Positions 26,333 to 39,841 of a DNA stretch of 64,000 bases are shown here, one piece after another. Every line of letters starts with the position of its first letter. The stretch's first letter is position 1. The notes below the pieces were generated by a model. The model had not been told where the DNA came from. It searched no databases and worked only from the letters and a program-made list of their open reading frames with translations. A program made the position numbers and the translations under genes. Origin of the DNA: Macrostomum lignano (lineage: Eukaryota); the NCBI GenBank assembly GCA_002269645.1, contig NIVC01000112.1:518855-582854 (forward strand), in the 5' to 3' direction.

Positions 26333-26620
26333 TCAAATTCAGAACAGGAGATGCTGAATTCAGAACAAGAGGCACCGAATTCAGAACAAGAGGCACCGAA
26401 TTCAGAACAAGAGGCACCGAATTCAGAACAAGAGGCACCGAATTCGGAACAAGAGGCACCGAATTCAGAACAAGAGGCACCGAATTCAGAACAGGAGATG
26501 CTGAATTCAGAACAAGAGGCACCGAATTCAGAACAAGAGGCACCGAATTCAGAACAAGAGGCACCGAATTCAGAACAAGAGGCACCGAATTCAGAACAAG
26601 AGGCACCGAATTCAGAACAT
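26333..26620. repeat. 21-bp minisatellite (GAATTCAGAACAAGAGGCACC)n
   Basis: Visible tandem array. Confidence 0.93.
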
Positions 26621-26920
26621 TTTTCTAAATATTTTATTGCTTTTAGTAATAGACACAATCGCAAGCAATTATGCAATAAACATGTCTATATTTACAAACT
26701 AAAATTGAATTAAAGAAATATAATCGATAGTGTCTGTATAATCACATCGTTGACTGTTCGTCAGTTTAACTAATCAAGGAAAAATTAAAAATTGAATGTT
26801 ATTTATTTTTATTCTTCAATATATATTTTTAGAAATAACTTCTTTATTGAAAAAAATTAGAAAGATTAAAACAAAAGACAAAAAATAGTCTATCAGTGAT
26901 TCAATATTTTAAACTGCATC

Positions 26921-27480
26921 TTGACCCCAATGCTACCTGACCCCAATGCTACCTGACCCCAATGCTACCTGACCCCAATGCTACCTGACCCCAATGCTAC
27001 CTGACCTCAATACTACCTGACCCCAATACTACCTGACCCCAATACTACCTGACCCCAATACTACCTGACCCCAATACTACCTGACCCCAATACTACCTGA
27101 CCCCAATACTACCTGACCCCAATGCTACCTGACCCCAATACTACCTGACCCAATACTACCTGACCCCAATACTACCTGACCCCAATACTACCTGACCCCA
27201 ATACTACCTGACCCCAATACTACCTGACCCCAATACTACCTGACCCCAATACTACCTGACCCCAATACTACCTGACCCCAATACTACCTGACCCCAATAC
27301 TACCTGACCCCAATACTACCTGACCCCAATACTACCTGACCCCAATGCTACCTGACCCCAATACTACCTGACCCCAATGCTACCTGATCCCAATGCTACC
27401 TGATCCCAATACTACCTGACCCCAATGCTACCTGACCCCAATACTACCTGACCCCAATGCTACCTGACCCCAATACTACC
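26921..27480. repeat. 16-bp minisatellite (CCCCAATACTACCTGA)n
   Basis: Visible tandem array. Confidence 0.95.
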
Positions 27481-27512
27481 CGACCCCCGCAGTGGCAGCA
27501 GGAGTCATTAGC

Positions 27513-30500
27513 TTATTCCCTCAGCGATGGCAGCAGTAGCGAGAACAGCAGGCGGTCCCTGGCCAGGTGGCGTCCAATCCGAATACCCGCGGCGTCCATG
27601 CCGTGCTTGGCCAGGCTCTCCATCCTGCAGTGCGCATCCCACAGCTCTGATGGCCGCATCGGGATGCTGCTGTCTGCATCACCGCTCGAGCTGGCTTCAT
27701 CGTGGTTGCAAGAAGAAAATCGCACCCGAGCCTGAGACCGCCCTGTCTGTCTCACCTGCCCATCCAGGGCTGGCAGGCGGAACGGCGCAGACGTCGTTGA
27801 GTCGTCCGGCTCCGACTCGAAGACTTGAGCTGGTTGCCAGGTGGCCGAGTAGCTGGTAGCGTCGGGCTGTTGACTTCGATCGCTGTAGCTGAAAAAATAA
27901 TATGAGTTCTCTGCTGACTACTGAGCTGAGTAGTGCGATTCCAACCAAACTGGAAAGTCAGCTCACTATCCGGAGGAACGATTGGACCAACGGGACGATT
28001 GATCAACTAGCCGAGGGCACCGATAGCTGCTGGCCGACTGGCGCGAGCGCTCAGCGATGGACTCGAGGTCCAGGCGCACAATCGGCGGCAAGTTCTGCAC
28101 AAGTCGCTTCAGTCGAAAGTCGCCCATCTGACTGAAATTTTAACCGCATACGTATAAAACTGAAAATAAGTTTCAAGTTATTCTATTGCCAGAGAGAGGC
28201 TCAGTGAGAAATGTCTTACTCGAACACCGTCTCCTCTTTGGCCTCGAAAAATACCGGCCTCCTTTGAATTGGTCGTGGCATCGGTGGCGGAGTTGGCACG
28301 GGAGGGAGCCAGTGCTTCTGCAAATTACGTAAGCAATTGGCGTCAGTTTCTATTTTTAGAAACAAGCATATAATCACTGAATGGCATCAGTTTCTATTTT
28401 TAGAAACACGCAGATAATCACTGAATAGCGTCAGTTTCTATTTTTAGAAGCAAGCAGCCAATGATCGAATGGCGTCACTTTCGGATTGCACAATCCTATA
28501 TATCAGTAGATATTTTCTAACGCACAAGTTTCTGCAGATTACCTCTTCGCTGTTTCCAGATTCCGAACCAATCGAGGTCTCTGGGGGCAGCATGAATCGA
28601 ACTGTGGACGCAGCGTCAGCTTCCTCTGTCTCGTCGATCGATGCTTCGTCCCGCAGCAGCAGGCCTTGTAGAGCTTCGGGCTCCTCATCCTCGTCAGCAC
28701 TGTCGTGTTTGCCATCGGCATCCAGGTCGCGCTGGCTCAAGCTGGTGGCAGCAGTCTGGCGTTCCTCCTCACTCAGGGCATTCAGCCTACGCTGCTCACG
28801 ATTTCGGCTGTCGCCCGACTCTGAAGTCTCTGTAGACTCGACGCTCTCCGTGCCCATGCCTGAGTCGGAGTGGCCGCGATGGCGTCTCCGTCGAGGTCTG
28901 CGATGCTGACGGCTGGCGTCCTCGGCGAGGGTTGCCGAGAGAAGAGCGCCGGTCCAACGCTGCAAAGGTATTGAGCTGGTGAAACTGGAACTGCTTACTG
29001 ATAGTACGATGAGGAGGCAAAGAGGAAAAGTAGAGGGAATGATGCAGAGCAGTGCAGTAAATCAAAGGGTCGGAGGGAATGATGGTGCAGCGGCACATCA
29101 AAGGATCGGAGGGAATGATTGTACAGCAGCATATCAAAGGGTCAGAGGGAATGATGGTGCAGCGGCACATCAAAGGTCGGATAGCCAAGCTGCTTTTCAA
29201 CTTTCCATTACCTTTCTGAGTTCGTCCGTCAAATCGTGCCCCATCTGCCGGAGCAAATCCAGCAGGTTGTCACCTTTGCACCGAACAGTGCTACTTCTGC
29301 TGCTGTTGTTATTGCTTCTTTCACCTCTTGAAGGTCCCAGCTTCCGGGCCTCATCGGCTAACTTCATCAGCTCGTCGATGAGTCTCTCTAGCTGGGAGAT
29401 CAGCTCCGATACCAGTTGCAGCTCAAAGTCTTCCCGGAGGTTGAGCTGTCTGATTTGAAGAGAAAACTTAATGAATATTTGGCATTAAAAAGTTGCAATT
29501 GTTAAACAAAGTCCTCACTGTTTAATGTCCAGCAGTCTTCGACACATCTCCCCATGCGACTCGAGACTGTTCGCAGACTCCGACATCATCTCAGTGAGAG
29601 CTCTGGCCACCGGCTCCGTCAGCAGCGGCACCTCCGGCTGGCGGAACCACGGCTCGGACACGATGGCCGAGAGCAGATCGGTCTGGTAGTCTGACTCTGT
29701 AGCAGACTTTCTGCTATCGTAAGACATTTCCTCAACCGTTTCTAGCTCCTGTAGTTCTGGCTCCTCTTCCGGTTCAGATTCCGTGTCTTCAGTTTCCAGT
29801 TCCACTTCCGGCTCAACCTCCGGTTCCACTTCCGGCTTAACCTCCGGTTCCACTTCCTGTTTCACTTCCAGCTCCACTTCTATTTCTCCTTTCGTTTCGT
29901 TTTGCGATTGCACTTCAGAATTTGGTTCCGACTTCACTTCCGGTTCTTGATTCGATTGAATATCCGGCTCCCCGGGGAGGGGGTTAGCAAAGCTGGGCAA
30001 ATCTTGCACCCCCTGGAGCGAGTCCAGCTCTGGCTGGCTTGTATCATCCTCGCTGCCAATGTAAAAGTCGGCGACATCGTCAGCCGTAACGATCACGACA
30101 GGAATTTGCGGAATCTTTGGAAGCGGCGGAGGCTGCGGACGTGACTGCGGCGACGGCAGCGATGGTGGCAGCGGCTTCTCCGCTGACGATGAAGAAGCAG
30201 ATGCCCGTCGTTGAAGAGGCGGTGATGCAGGCGGATGAGGAGGCGGCGGTGGTGGCGGTGGCGGTGGTGGCGGCGGTGGTGGCGGCGGCGGTGGCTTCAG
30301 CACCGGCGGCGCTCGCCTTCCAACTGCCTGTCGATTTTGCTTTCGCGCCCGTTTTGCCTCCGGCTTCTGTGCCGGCGGCGAGGCTGAGCTGGACGGTTGA
30401 GCTGGAGGCGGCTGCGGAGGAGTCGGCGGTGGAGGCTGCGTTGCCAGCGGAGGCGGCGGAGACGGCGGTAGTTGAGGAGGAGGCGGTCGGTCTTCCTGCT

Positions 30501-30989
30501 GCAGTGGTGGCTCCGGCGGCTGCACCTGCTGCTGCCGCTTCTGCCTGAGCAGCCGGAGCTGCTGCTGGCTCGGCAGCGGTGGAAGCCGCTCGACACCCCG
30601 GCCGCCCCCGCATTGATTGCTCGCCTCCGTTTTGAAGTTGCCGGCTGCTGAGCTGGAGGCTCCAAGCTCGTCGCAGGCTGAAGGCTTGCCGAGGCGGATG
30701 TGGAAGGCGTCTCCAACGTCCTCCTGGGCTCTTCCGGTAGCTCGACGAGCTGTTTGACTTCGCTGACTTCCGAAGTGTCGCTGCTCGACTCCGGTACATC
30801 ATCAAACTGCTGTTTGCTGCCGCTGTCATCGTCTGCCCAGGTGTCCCAGCGGGTTGTAACGTTGAGGTAGGACGCCTCGTCCACTGACATCTCAGCGGCA
30901 CCCTCAGTTGCGGGCTCCGGGATCGGCTCTGCTCGCGCGAATCGGCGCCGAAGGCGCAGCGGCTGTTTTGAGGGATGAAAATTCGACAT
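27513..30989 (-). CDS. Uncharacterised multi-exon Pro/Glu/Ser-rich protein with a coiled-coil-like central segment; apparent frameshift near 30600
   Basis: Phase-consistent GT-AG exons read by hand: ~30989-29519, 29449-29212, 28959-28543, 28317-28220, 28131-27967, 27888-27513 (stop). The first exon needs a frame switch between the 30297-30989 frame and the 29515-30825 open frame. The 5' end is uncertain. Confidence 0.7.
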
Positions 30990-30993
30990 GAGG

Positions 30994-31281
30994 CCGGGGT
31001 CTGATCACCTGGCTTAGCACCGGGGTCTGATCACCTAGCTTAGCACCGGGGTCTGATCACCTGGCTTAGCACCGGGGTCTGATCACCTGGCTTAGCACCG
31101 GGGTCTGATCACCTGGCTTAGCACCGGGGTCTGATCACCTGGCTTAGCACTGGGGTCTGATCACCTAGCTTAGCACCGGGGTCTGATCACCTAGCTTAGC
31201 ACCGGGGTCTGATCACCTAGCTTAGCACCGGGGTCTGATCACCTAGCTTAGCACCGGGGTCTGATCACCTAGCTTAGCACC
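30994..31281. repeat. 26-bp minisatellite (CCGGGGTCTGATCACCTRGCTTAGCA)n
   Basis: Visible tandem array. Confidence 0.95.
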
Positions 31282-31289
31282 GACAGTAA

Positions 31290-31885
31290 ATCCACGAGTC
31301 TGGCGCCAACAAAATTATCATTTCTGGAGCCAAAATCATCTATTCTGCTACCGAAATCATCTAGTCTGGCGCCAAAATCAACTGATCCGGCGCCAAAATC
31401 ATCTAATCTGGAGCCAAAATCATTTAGTCTGGCACCAACCAAAATCATCTCTAGTCTGGAGCCAAAATCATTTAGTCTGGCACCAACCAAAATCATCAAG
31501 TCAGGTGCCAAAAGCATCTAGTCTGGTGCCAAAATCATCTAGTCTGGTGCCAAAATCATCTAGTCTGGTGCCAAAATCATTTAGTCTGGCACCAACCAAA
31601 ATCATCAAGTCAGGTGCCAAAAGCATCTAGTCTGGTGCCAAAATCATCTAGTCTGGTGCCAAAATCATCTAGTCTGGTGCCAAAATCATCTAGTCTGGTG
31701 CCAAAATCATTTAGTCTGGCACCAACCAAAATCATCAAGTCAGGTGCCAAAAGCATCTAGTCTGGTGCCAAAATCATCTAGTCTGGTGCCAAAATCATCA
31801 AGTCAGGTGCCAAAATCATCCAGTCTGGTGCCAAAATCATCTAGTCTGGCGTCAAAATCATCCAGTCTGGCGTGAAAATCATCTA
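31290..31885. repeat. 21-bp-based minisatellite (GGTGCCAAAATCATCTAGTCT)n
   Basis: Visible tandem array with higher-order variants. Confidence 0.9.
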
Positions 31886-32324
31886 GACTTGTGCCATCCA
31901 AAATCACCAAACGGAAAATCTAAAAATGTCCTAAGAAATTCTAGGAAATGAGACTCGAGAAGTCAATAGCAAACCGAACTAAAAGACCAGAGTTTACAAT
32001 AACAGTTTTTTCCACTGGAGCCCAACACCCTAAAAGAGAAGCTCTTTCTTGATCAAAGTCGACTTACATTTTTATTTGACTTTCTACAGCAATTTCCTGA
32101 AAGCTCGAACGCAATATTTATCAGATGATAAGTTATGGCTTGTCTGCTCAGGTGTTTACTTACCTTTTTTAGCTTAGCAGGCACACTGCTGATAGCAGCT
32201 TTCGGCTCCGAAGGCTCAAATAGTTGACGTATGACAGAGTTCGGAATGTGGCCTGGCGCGTGCGGGTTGTAAATCAAAAATATTGTATATTGAGCTATTG
32301 ACGACTAAAAACTGCAATTTGTCA

Positions 32325-32640
32325 GGAGTAGGTCATTGCGAGTAGCCAGAATTTCTGTCAGGAGTAGGTCATAGTGATTAGCAAGAATTTGCCAGGAGTA
32401 GGTCATAGTGAGTAGCCAGAATATCTGTCAGGAGTAGGTCATAGTTTGTAGCAAGAATGTGTGTCAGGAGTAGTTCATAGTGAGTAGCAAGAAGGTGTCA
32501 GGAGTAGGTCATAGTGAGTAGATAAGTGTGTCAGGAGTAGGTCATAGTGAGTAGCAAGAATGCGTGTCAGGAGTAGGTCATAGTGAGTACCTAAGTGTGT
32601 GTGGAGTAAGGTCATAGTGACCAGCTAGAATATGTTTCAG
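32325..32640. repeat. ~37-bp minisatellite (TGTCAGGAGTAGGTCATAGTGAGTAGCAAGAA..)n
   Basis: Visible degenerate array. Confidence 0.85.
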
Positions 32641-33469
32641 CCTAGGGTCATGGTAAGTAGCTTGAAAGCGTCAGCAGGGGCTCATAATGAGTAGCCTAAC
32701 TGCTAAACTCTGCCAGAAATTAGCAAGTGTCAAAGCCATGCAGTCTGACTCACCATCCGGAGCAATTGGAAAACGCCGGCTCGACCTCCCCGCCTTGAAC
32801 AGGTCGAACATCCAGCACCGGCTGCCATCAGCCGGTCGACCAGGTGGAAAACCGGTATAGCGGTCACCGGGATCTCTAATCTGCTGCTGCTGCTCTGGCA
32901 TTGTGTAAATTTTGTTATAGATTGATAGATAGGGCAGCGTTTTCTTAGAAGCAGTCATACAGACAGGGACAAACCGAGTCCTTATTCTCTCGGGTTCATG
33001 CCGCATATATAGGTGTACTGATGCATGTCCAGTGCTTAGGAAATTACGATACCTTATCAACGTCCCACCCGCTCCCTCTCTCTCTCTCTCTCTGTTGCTA
33101 GGAGCAACTGAAACAAAGTTGCCAGATTGCAAAATGGATCGCTGAGTGGTTATGAGCTGTTAACAGGTGCGGCAGACAGGGCGAGGCAGAGAGGGACAGA
33201 GAGAGGGGAGGGTGGAGCGGAGAGAGATTTGGTCCTTCGGGGTTTCGGAGCGCTCGAACATTGCTATTGCAGGCAGTCGGCGCAAAATTAGTTTTTTTTC
33301 GGCCCCGGTTATCGGGAAAAGTGAAAAAACAACTGGCGCTGAGACACTCCGAGACTGGTAGGCTCAGGGCTGCTTTTTTTGACTCCGCCTGAGCTGCGAT
33401 GTCTGTGACAGATTCTTTCACCGTTGCAACAGGAGCGCTATCAGCTGCTGCATTCCAACTGGTGGGCCC

Positions 33470-33935
33470 CTAATGGCGCCCCTTACTGTGCCTCCAATGG
33501 GCCCCCAACGGAGCACCCAAAGGAGCACCCAACGGCGCCCCGAACGACGCCTCAAACGGAGCCCCCAACGACGCCCCCAACGACGCCTCAAACGGAGCCC
33601 CCAACGGCGCCCCCAACGACGCCTCAAACGGAGCCCCCAACGGCGCCCCCAACGGCGCCCCGAACGACGCCTCAAACGGAGCCCCCAACGATGCCTCAAA
33701 CGGAGCACCCAACGGAGCACCCAACGGAGCCCCAACTAAGCACCCAACGGAGCACCCAACGGAGCCCCAACTAAGCGACCCAATGGAGCACCCAACGGAG
33801 CCCCAATGGCGCCCCCAACGACGCCCCAATGGCACCCCAACGACACACCCCCAACGGCACCCCCAAACGGTGCACCCAACGGTGCCCCCAACGGCGCCCC
33901 AACGGAGCCTCCAATGGCACCCCACAACGGCGCCC
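33470..33935. repeat. GC-rich degenerate tandem repeat (CCCAACGGMGC..)
   Basis: Visible; gives repetitive ORFs in all frames. Confidence 0.85.
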
Positions 33936-34419
33936 CAGGCTCTCAAATCTGAAACCATGACCCTCACAGCTTAGACCTACATCAAGTAGAAAAAGAAGCC
34001 TTGATCCGTAACTGATTGAGTAGCAAGTTGCGACTATTCTTAACCAAATTTATTCTGACTAGAGTTGAACAGAAATTGGCTTATTACACTCGCCTATAGC
34101 AAGAATACTCAGTGCTAACGATGTGGCTTCACAGTTCCATTAATCCTGGCCCATGCCTAGAAAGAGTCAAGTTACCCAGCTAATTATTGTGTAACTGCGC
34201 ACACGATAGAATGCACAGGACTGCGTGTACACTGCCCAGAGCTATTTAGTGAAAGCTTGTTAATAACTGCTTGATTGACAGTTACAAGTGGCCAGTTGAA
34301 CCAAGTTGAAACTAGATTGAGAATTTGCACTGCTGAAAACTGATGGTGAAATTTGGTGTTAATTACTACCTGCATTCAAGGACTGATGAACTTGCCAATA
34401 GAGTCACGCCCATGCGAAA

Positions 34420-34815
34420 TAGCGCCACTTCCACACAGCGTCACTTCCACACAGCGTCACTTCCAACTACCGCCACTTCCAACTAGCGCCACTTCCAACT
34501 AGCGCCACTTCCAACTAGCGCCACTTCCAACTAGCGCCACTTCCAACTAGCGCCACTTCCAACTAGCGCCACTTCCACAAAGCGCCACTTCCAACTAGCG
34601 CCACTTCCAACTAGCGCCACTTCCACACAGCGTCACTTCCAACTAGCGCCACTTCCAACTAGCGCCACTTCCAACTAGCGCCACTTCCAACTAGCGCCAC
34701 TTCCAACTAGCGCCACTTCCAACTAGCGCCACTTCCACACAGAGCCACTTCCAAATAGCCTCAATTTCAAATAGCGCCACTTTCAACTAGTGTCAGTTCC
34801 AACTGGCGCCACTTT
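34420..34815. repeat. 16-bp minisatellite (AGCGCCACTTCCAACT)n
   Basis: Visible tandem array. Confidence 0.93.
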
Positions 34816-35334
34816 CAAATAGAGCCGCTCCCAACTATAGCGCTACGTCTACCCCTAACAACCATCGGCCATGAGCAGAATAGCCATGAGCAGAATAGCC
34901 ATGAGCAGAATTTCTTTTCCGAACCTTCTCCAACGAGCAGCCACAGGGAATGAGATCGCAGCCTCCCAGCATCCAGGGCTGACATCTGCAGCTGCGCATG
35001 CGGCCACAAATTGAGTGATGGAGCGGCAGGCAGCCTCGGGGAGGCAAGACTGGGATGGAAGCAATGATAAAGTAGGCTTGGGATTAGGAAGAGCATGTGA
35101 TAGACTGGCGAGCAGGCATTAAGGGATTTTATATTTTAACTCAGTTGCAATTCGGTTCTACTGCAAAGCTCTTTTTCTTTCGGGGGAATTTTACACCACC
35201 CACTGCGAGCTGTTACGCAATCGCGATAATTCGGAGTGGAACTGCATTTTGATTTGCGCAGCTGAGAGACAGATGATTTAATAAATTTTAGTAACTATCA
35301 GAATATTATCCGGGTCTTTCATTTACCCTTCACA

Positions 35335-36215
35335 GCCCTTATCTACACCTCAAAACCCTTATCTACACCTCAAAACCCTTATCTACACCTCACAACTCTC
35401 ATCTACACCTCACAAACCCTCATCTACACCTCACAAACCCTTATCTACACCTCACAAACCCTTATCTACACCTCACAAACCCTTATCTACACCTCACAAA
35501 CCCTTATCTACACCTCACAAACCCTTATCTACACCTCAAAACCCTTATCTACACCTCACAACTCTCATCTACACCTCACAAACCCTCATCTACACCTCAC
35601 AAACCCTTATCTACACCTCACAAACCCTTATCTACACCTCACAAACCCTTATCTACACCTCACAAACCCTTATCTACACCTCACAAACCCTTATCTACAC
35701 CTCAAAACCCTTATCTACACCTCACAACTCTCATCTACACCTCACAACCCTTATCTACACCTCAAAACCCTTATCTACCCCTCACAAACTCTTATCTACA
35801 CCTCACAAACCCTTATCTACACCTTACAAACCCTTATCTACACCTCACAAACCCTTATCTACACCTCAAAACCCTTATCTACCCCTCACAACCCTTATCT
35901 ACACCTCACAAACCCTTATCTACACCTTACAACTCTCATCTACACCTCAAAACCCTTATCTACCCCTCACAACCCTTATCTACACCTCACAACCCTTATC
36001 TACACCTCAAAACCCTTATCTACACCTCAAAACCCTTATCTACACCTCAAAACCCTTATCTACCCCTCACAACCCTTATCTACACCTCAAAACCCTTTTC
36101 TACACCTCACAACTCTCATCTACACCTCACAAACCCTTATCTACACCTCACAACCCTTATCTACACCTCACAACCCTTATCTACACCTCACAAACCCTTA
36201 TCTACACGTCACAAC
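35335..36215. repeat. ~21-bp minisatellite (TTATCTACACCTCACAAACCC)n
   Basis: Visible tandem array. Confidence 0.95.
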
Positions 36216-37611
36216 ATGCATTCAACTCAACTCAACTCAACTCAACAACTCAATCGGTCAACCTCACATTATTGCATTTCCATCATTATTCATATCAACT
36301 ACTTGCTTTCTGTTAAAAATGAAATTCCCTAACCATCGACTGTCAGAGTAAATATTGATGAAGGAAACTCGGCAAGCTAGTGAACTATGATTGCTACAAG
36401 TTTGTTTCACTTCCGATTGTAAAATCCATCAGAAATCAGGCGTTCGATAATAAATGGCTGCTTTAACCCTGGACTGTGATAAAAACATTTTTTTAAATCT
36501 CCTAAATCCGGAACAGCGATGTTTTAACAGAGTGGGTCAGATGTACATTACGGTTAAATCATGCTTTTATTGCCCACCTACCTCACGCTGCTACATAACC
36601 ACTCTAAGATAAACGCAATAATAAAACAATTAACTAGTTAACAGTTTCAATTACGGCAGGGTAATAAAATGCTAAATCAAGCAGGCTAAAGACTGCACGG
36701 TAAAGTCATTAATGCACGTACGATAGGTGTGTTAAGCTACTGCCAGCCCGAAGGCCTCTCCAGTTCGCGTGTTTATAGTTTGAGGGCAGTCAGTCGAGTC
36801 AGCTGCGCACACGGGCCGGGCCGGGCGGGAAGAGGAGGTGGGCGCTGCACCCTCCCCCTTCGCATGTCCTTCGCGCTCCTCTCCGTCTCTCTCGCACTGT
36901 CGTGTCCTCTCTCCCCGGGCCCTCCCTGTCTAACCCAGCGCTAACCCGACCGCGGTGTCAAGAGGAGAAGGGAGAGAAACAGGGGAGAGGACAGAGGGGG
37001 AGAGAGGAGCGGGAAACCAGGGCAGAGGGAAAGGCCATTTCCAAGGCAAGATAAAACTGAATGACGCACTTCGTTCAAGCTCCAGTTTTGGCCAGACAAG
37101 CCTTCCTTCCTGGGACCAAGGCTTAATCGCTTCCCTATAGCTGGAATCCGCCCCAGCCCCCTTCCTCATCTTACTTGCCCTGTCGCTCCGGAGCCACTAC
37201 ACAGCCAAAAGGTCTCCGGGTTCAGGGGCGGTGCAGGAGGCTGAATCTCCCGACTAGCAAGCTTAGCCCAGCCACCCAGGAGATCAGGAAAGGTGTCATC
37301 TTCTACCCGAGGTCGTGTCGCGATGAAGGACAAGAAGAGGACGGCCTCCCAGACGCAGCCGCGGCGGGGGCACCACCACCACAGTCTGCACCGGCAGCAC
37401 CAGATGCAGCAGCAGCGCATGAGCCAGCAGTCTTCTCACAGATCCTTGGCGGCTTCGCTGAGCTGCTTCAACAAGGCTGGCAGCTCCGGCAGCTCCCGTG
37501 ACGAAGACGAAGACGCGGCTAGGTTCACCGGGATGCAGGATGAGGAGGCCACGGCTCCCGGATCTCCCTGCGACTCGTGAGACTTCCTCTGAGATTTTCT
37601 GCTGGCTGAGA

Positions 37612-37872
37612 TGTTGCTTCTCATGCTTCTCATGCTTCCCATGCTTCTCATGCTTCTCATGCTTCTCACTAATATCATGCTTCTCGTGATTCTCACTAAT
37701 ATCATGCTTCTCGTGATTCTCACTAATATCATGCTTCTCGTGATTCTCACTAATATCATGCTTCTCATGCTTCTCATGCTTCCCATGATTCTCATTCTAC
37801 CCATGATCCTCATGCTTCCCATGATTCTCATGCTTCCCGTGATTCTCATGCTTCCAGTGATTCTCATGCTTC
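37612..37872. repeat. 9-bp-based repeat (CATGCTTCT)n with higher-order units
   Basis: Visible tandem array. Confidence 0.85.
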
Positions 37873-38499
37873 ACACCATTGTCTCTCTCGATTCTATTCG
37901 ATTCTTCCTGTGATCCATTCTGGCCTGTATTTATCCTAACCAACACAAACTCCCTACCCATGAAAGTAAAGTCACTCCTTTTCATTGTCAGCATATAAAC
38001 CTGTCCAACATCCCAGTCACAAAGCAAGAAGCGTCAAGAGTTGAGATATGTCTATATGCAGTGAGGCAGCGAGACCAGCTGTACACGCAGAGTACGCGAA
38101 CTCAAAACTTGGCTTGTTTGAAAGAAAAAACGGGAAAAGCTTTTTGCTAGGCAGGCAATCTCATTCATAGATTCCATTCCGCACCGTATCCCACACGCTT
38201 CAGATTATCCCTGAGCCGAAAACAGTCCCCAACAGCCAAGCAGGTTTTTTCGGCTTCTTTTTCTGTCCGTTGCTGGGCGAAAATCGATCCCCCTCCATGG
38301 CAAAAATAAAGAGCCAGTTGACAGCTCGCTTTAGAGCAGCCGTGTCCCCCCACACCTAATTGAATCTTGCCTGCTGGCCTGCCGCCACAACCAGTGAAAA
38401 TCAGTGGGCATCCCACCTGCCTTCTTCACTTCACCTTCACCTTGTTTACTCACCTCATTTCCTTTTCCTTTGTTTTCTTTTCTATTTTATACTTCTTAC

Positions 38500-38950
38500 C
38501 CTCCCTTCCTCTTCTCTTCCCTCTCTCCTTTCCTCTGATCTCTACCTACATCTTTCCCTCTCTCCCTTCCTCTTCTTTCATCTCTCCCTTCCTCTCTCCC
38601 TTCCTCTCTCCTTTCGTCTCTCCCTTCCTCTCTCCCTTCCTCTTTCCCTCTCTCCCTTCCACTCTCCCTTCCTCTCTCCCTTCCTCTCTCCCTTCCTATC
38701 TCCCTTCCTCTCTCCCTTCCTCTCTCCCTTCCTCTCTCCCTTCCTCTTTCCCTCTCTCCCTTCCACTCTCCCTTCCTATCTCCCTTCCTCTCTCCCTTCC
38801 TATCTCCCTTCCTCTCTCCCTTCCTCTCTCCCTTCCTCTCTCCCTTCCTCTTTCCCTCTCTCCCTTCCACTCTCCCTTCCTTTCTCCCTTCCTTTCTCCC
38901 TTCGTCTCTCCCTCCTCTTCCTTCCTCTCTCCCTTCCTCTCTCCCTTCCT
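38500..38950. repeat. Pyrimidine-rich 12-bp repeat (CCTTCCTCTCTC)n
   Basis: Direct reading. Confidence 0.9.
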
Positions 38951-39308
38951 CCCAAGCAATTGCATAATTTCTTTGCAGTCACGAGTCACTCCATATTGCA
39001 TAATTTGACAACCCAATAAAAACTGAAGGAAATACTCGAGAAAGATTTCTAGTCCGCAAGAGGTACTTTGGATTCTCCCAACTAATCTTATCTTTCAAGT
39101 CTTGATTGACGGATTGAGCTCGTGAGCAGTAATAAAATTAAGCCGGTTCGCTCATTTTTACCTTACCAGTCTCAAAGACGGTTTTTAAATCATAACAAAC
39201 CCACATCTGCAGTCAGAGGCATGCGGAACTCGGGACCATGAGTAGTCATGCACGAATTGATCATTTCCTTTTCTCCCACCCGCCCTCGCCAGCACCCGAG
39301 TCGGCTGC

Positions 39309-39613
39309 ATGTCGCTCCGTCGGGACAAGCGGCAGTCCGTGATGACGGCATCAGCTGCGGCGACGGCGACGGCAGTTGCCTCAGGTCTGGAACCCAGTCA
39401 CCTTGACGACGGCTGGTGCTACGCGCTGAGCTCGGAGGAGCACCTGATGCGTCTGGGGGACCAGCAAGTGCAGCAGCGAGCGTCTATTTTGTACGGCGAC
39501 GCTACGGCAACGCCGCGGCCACAAGCAGCTGAGGCGATGGCGGCAAATGGCAGCAGCGAACTGCCCTGCGGCAGGACGGAGCAGAGAGCGGTGAGCCCGA
39601 GCCGCCTGTCCTC

Positions 39614-39699
<86 letters not shown>

Positions 39700-39700
39700 G

Positions 39701-39743
<43 letters not shown>

Positions 39744-39744
39744 G

Positions 39745-39841
<97 letters not shown>

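Noticed and set aside
26305-26713. CRISPR-like regular repeat / NSEQEAP ORF
   Set aside because: Contiguous identical units with no unique spacers, eukaryotic context and no cas genes. The same applies to the other minisatellites.
32165-35096. Candidate upstream exons of the 27513-30989 gene (about 32165-32255, 32730-32900, 34900-35050, minus)
   Set aside because: Plausible GTAAGT/GTGAGT donors exist, but no phase-consistent link to the 30989 exon could be established.
37240-37580. His/Gln-rich ORF (MKDKKRTASQ...HHHH)
   Set aside because: Coding-like composition but no clear gene structure or domain; left uncalled.
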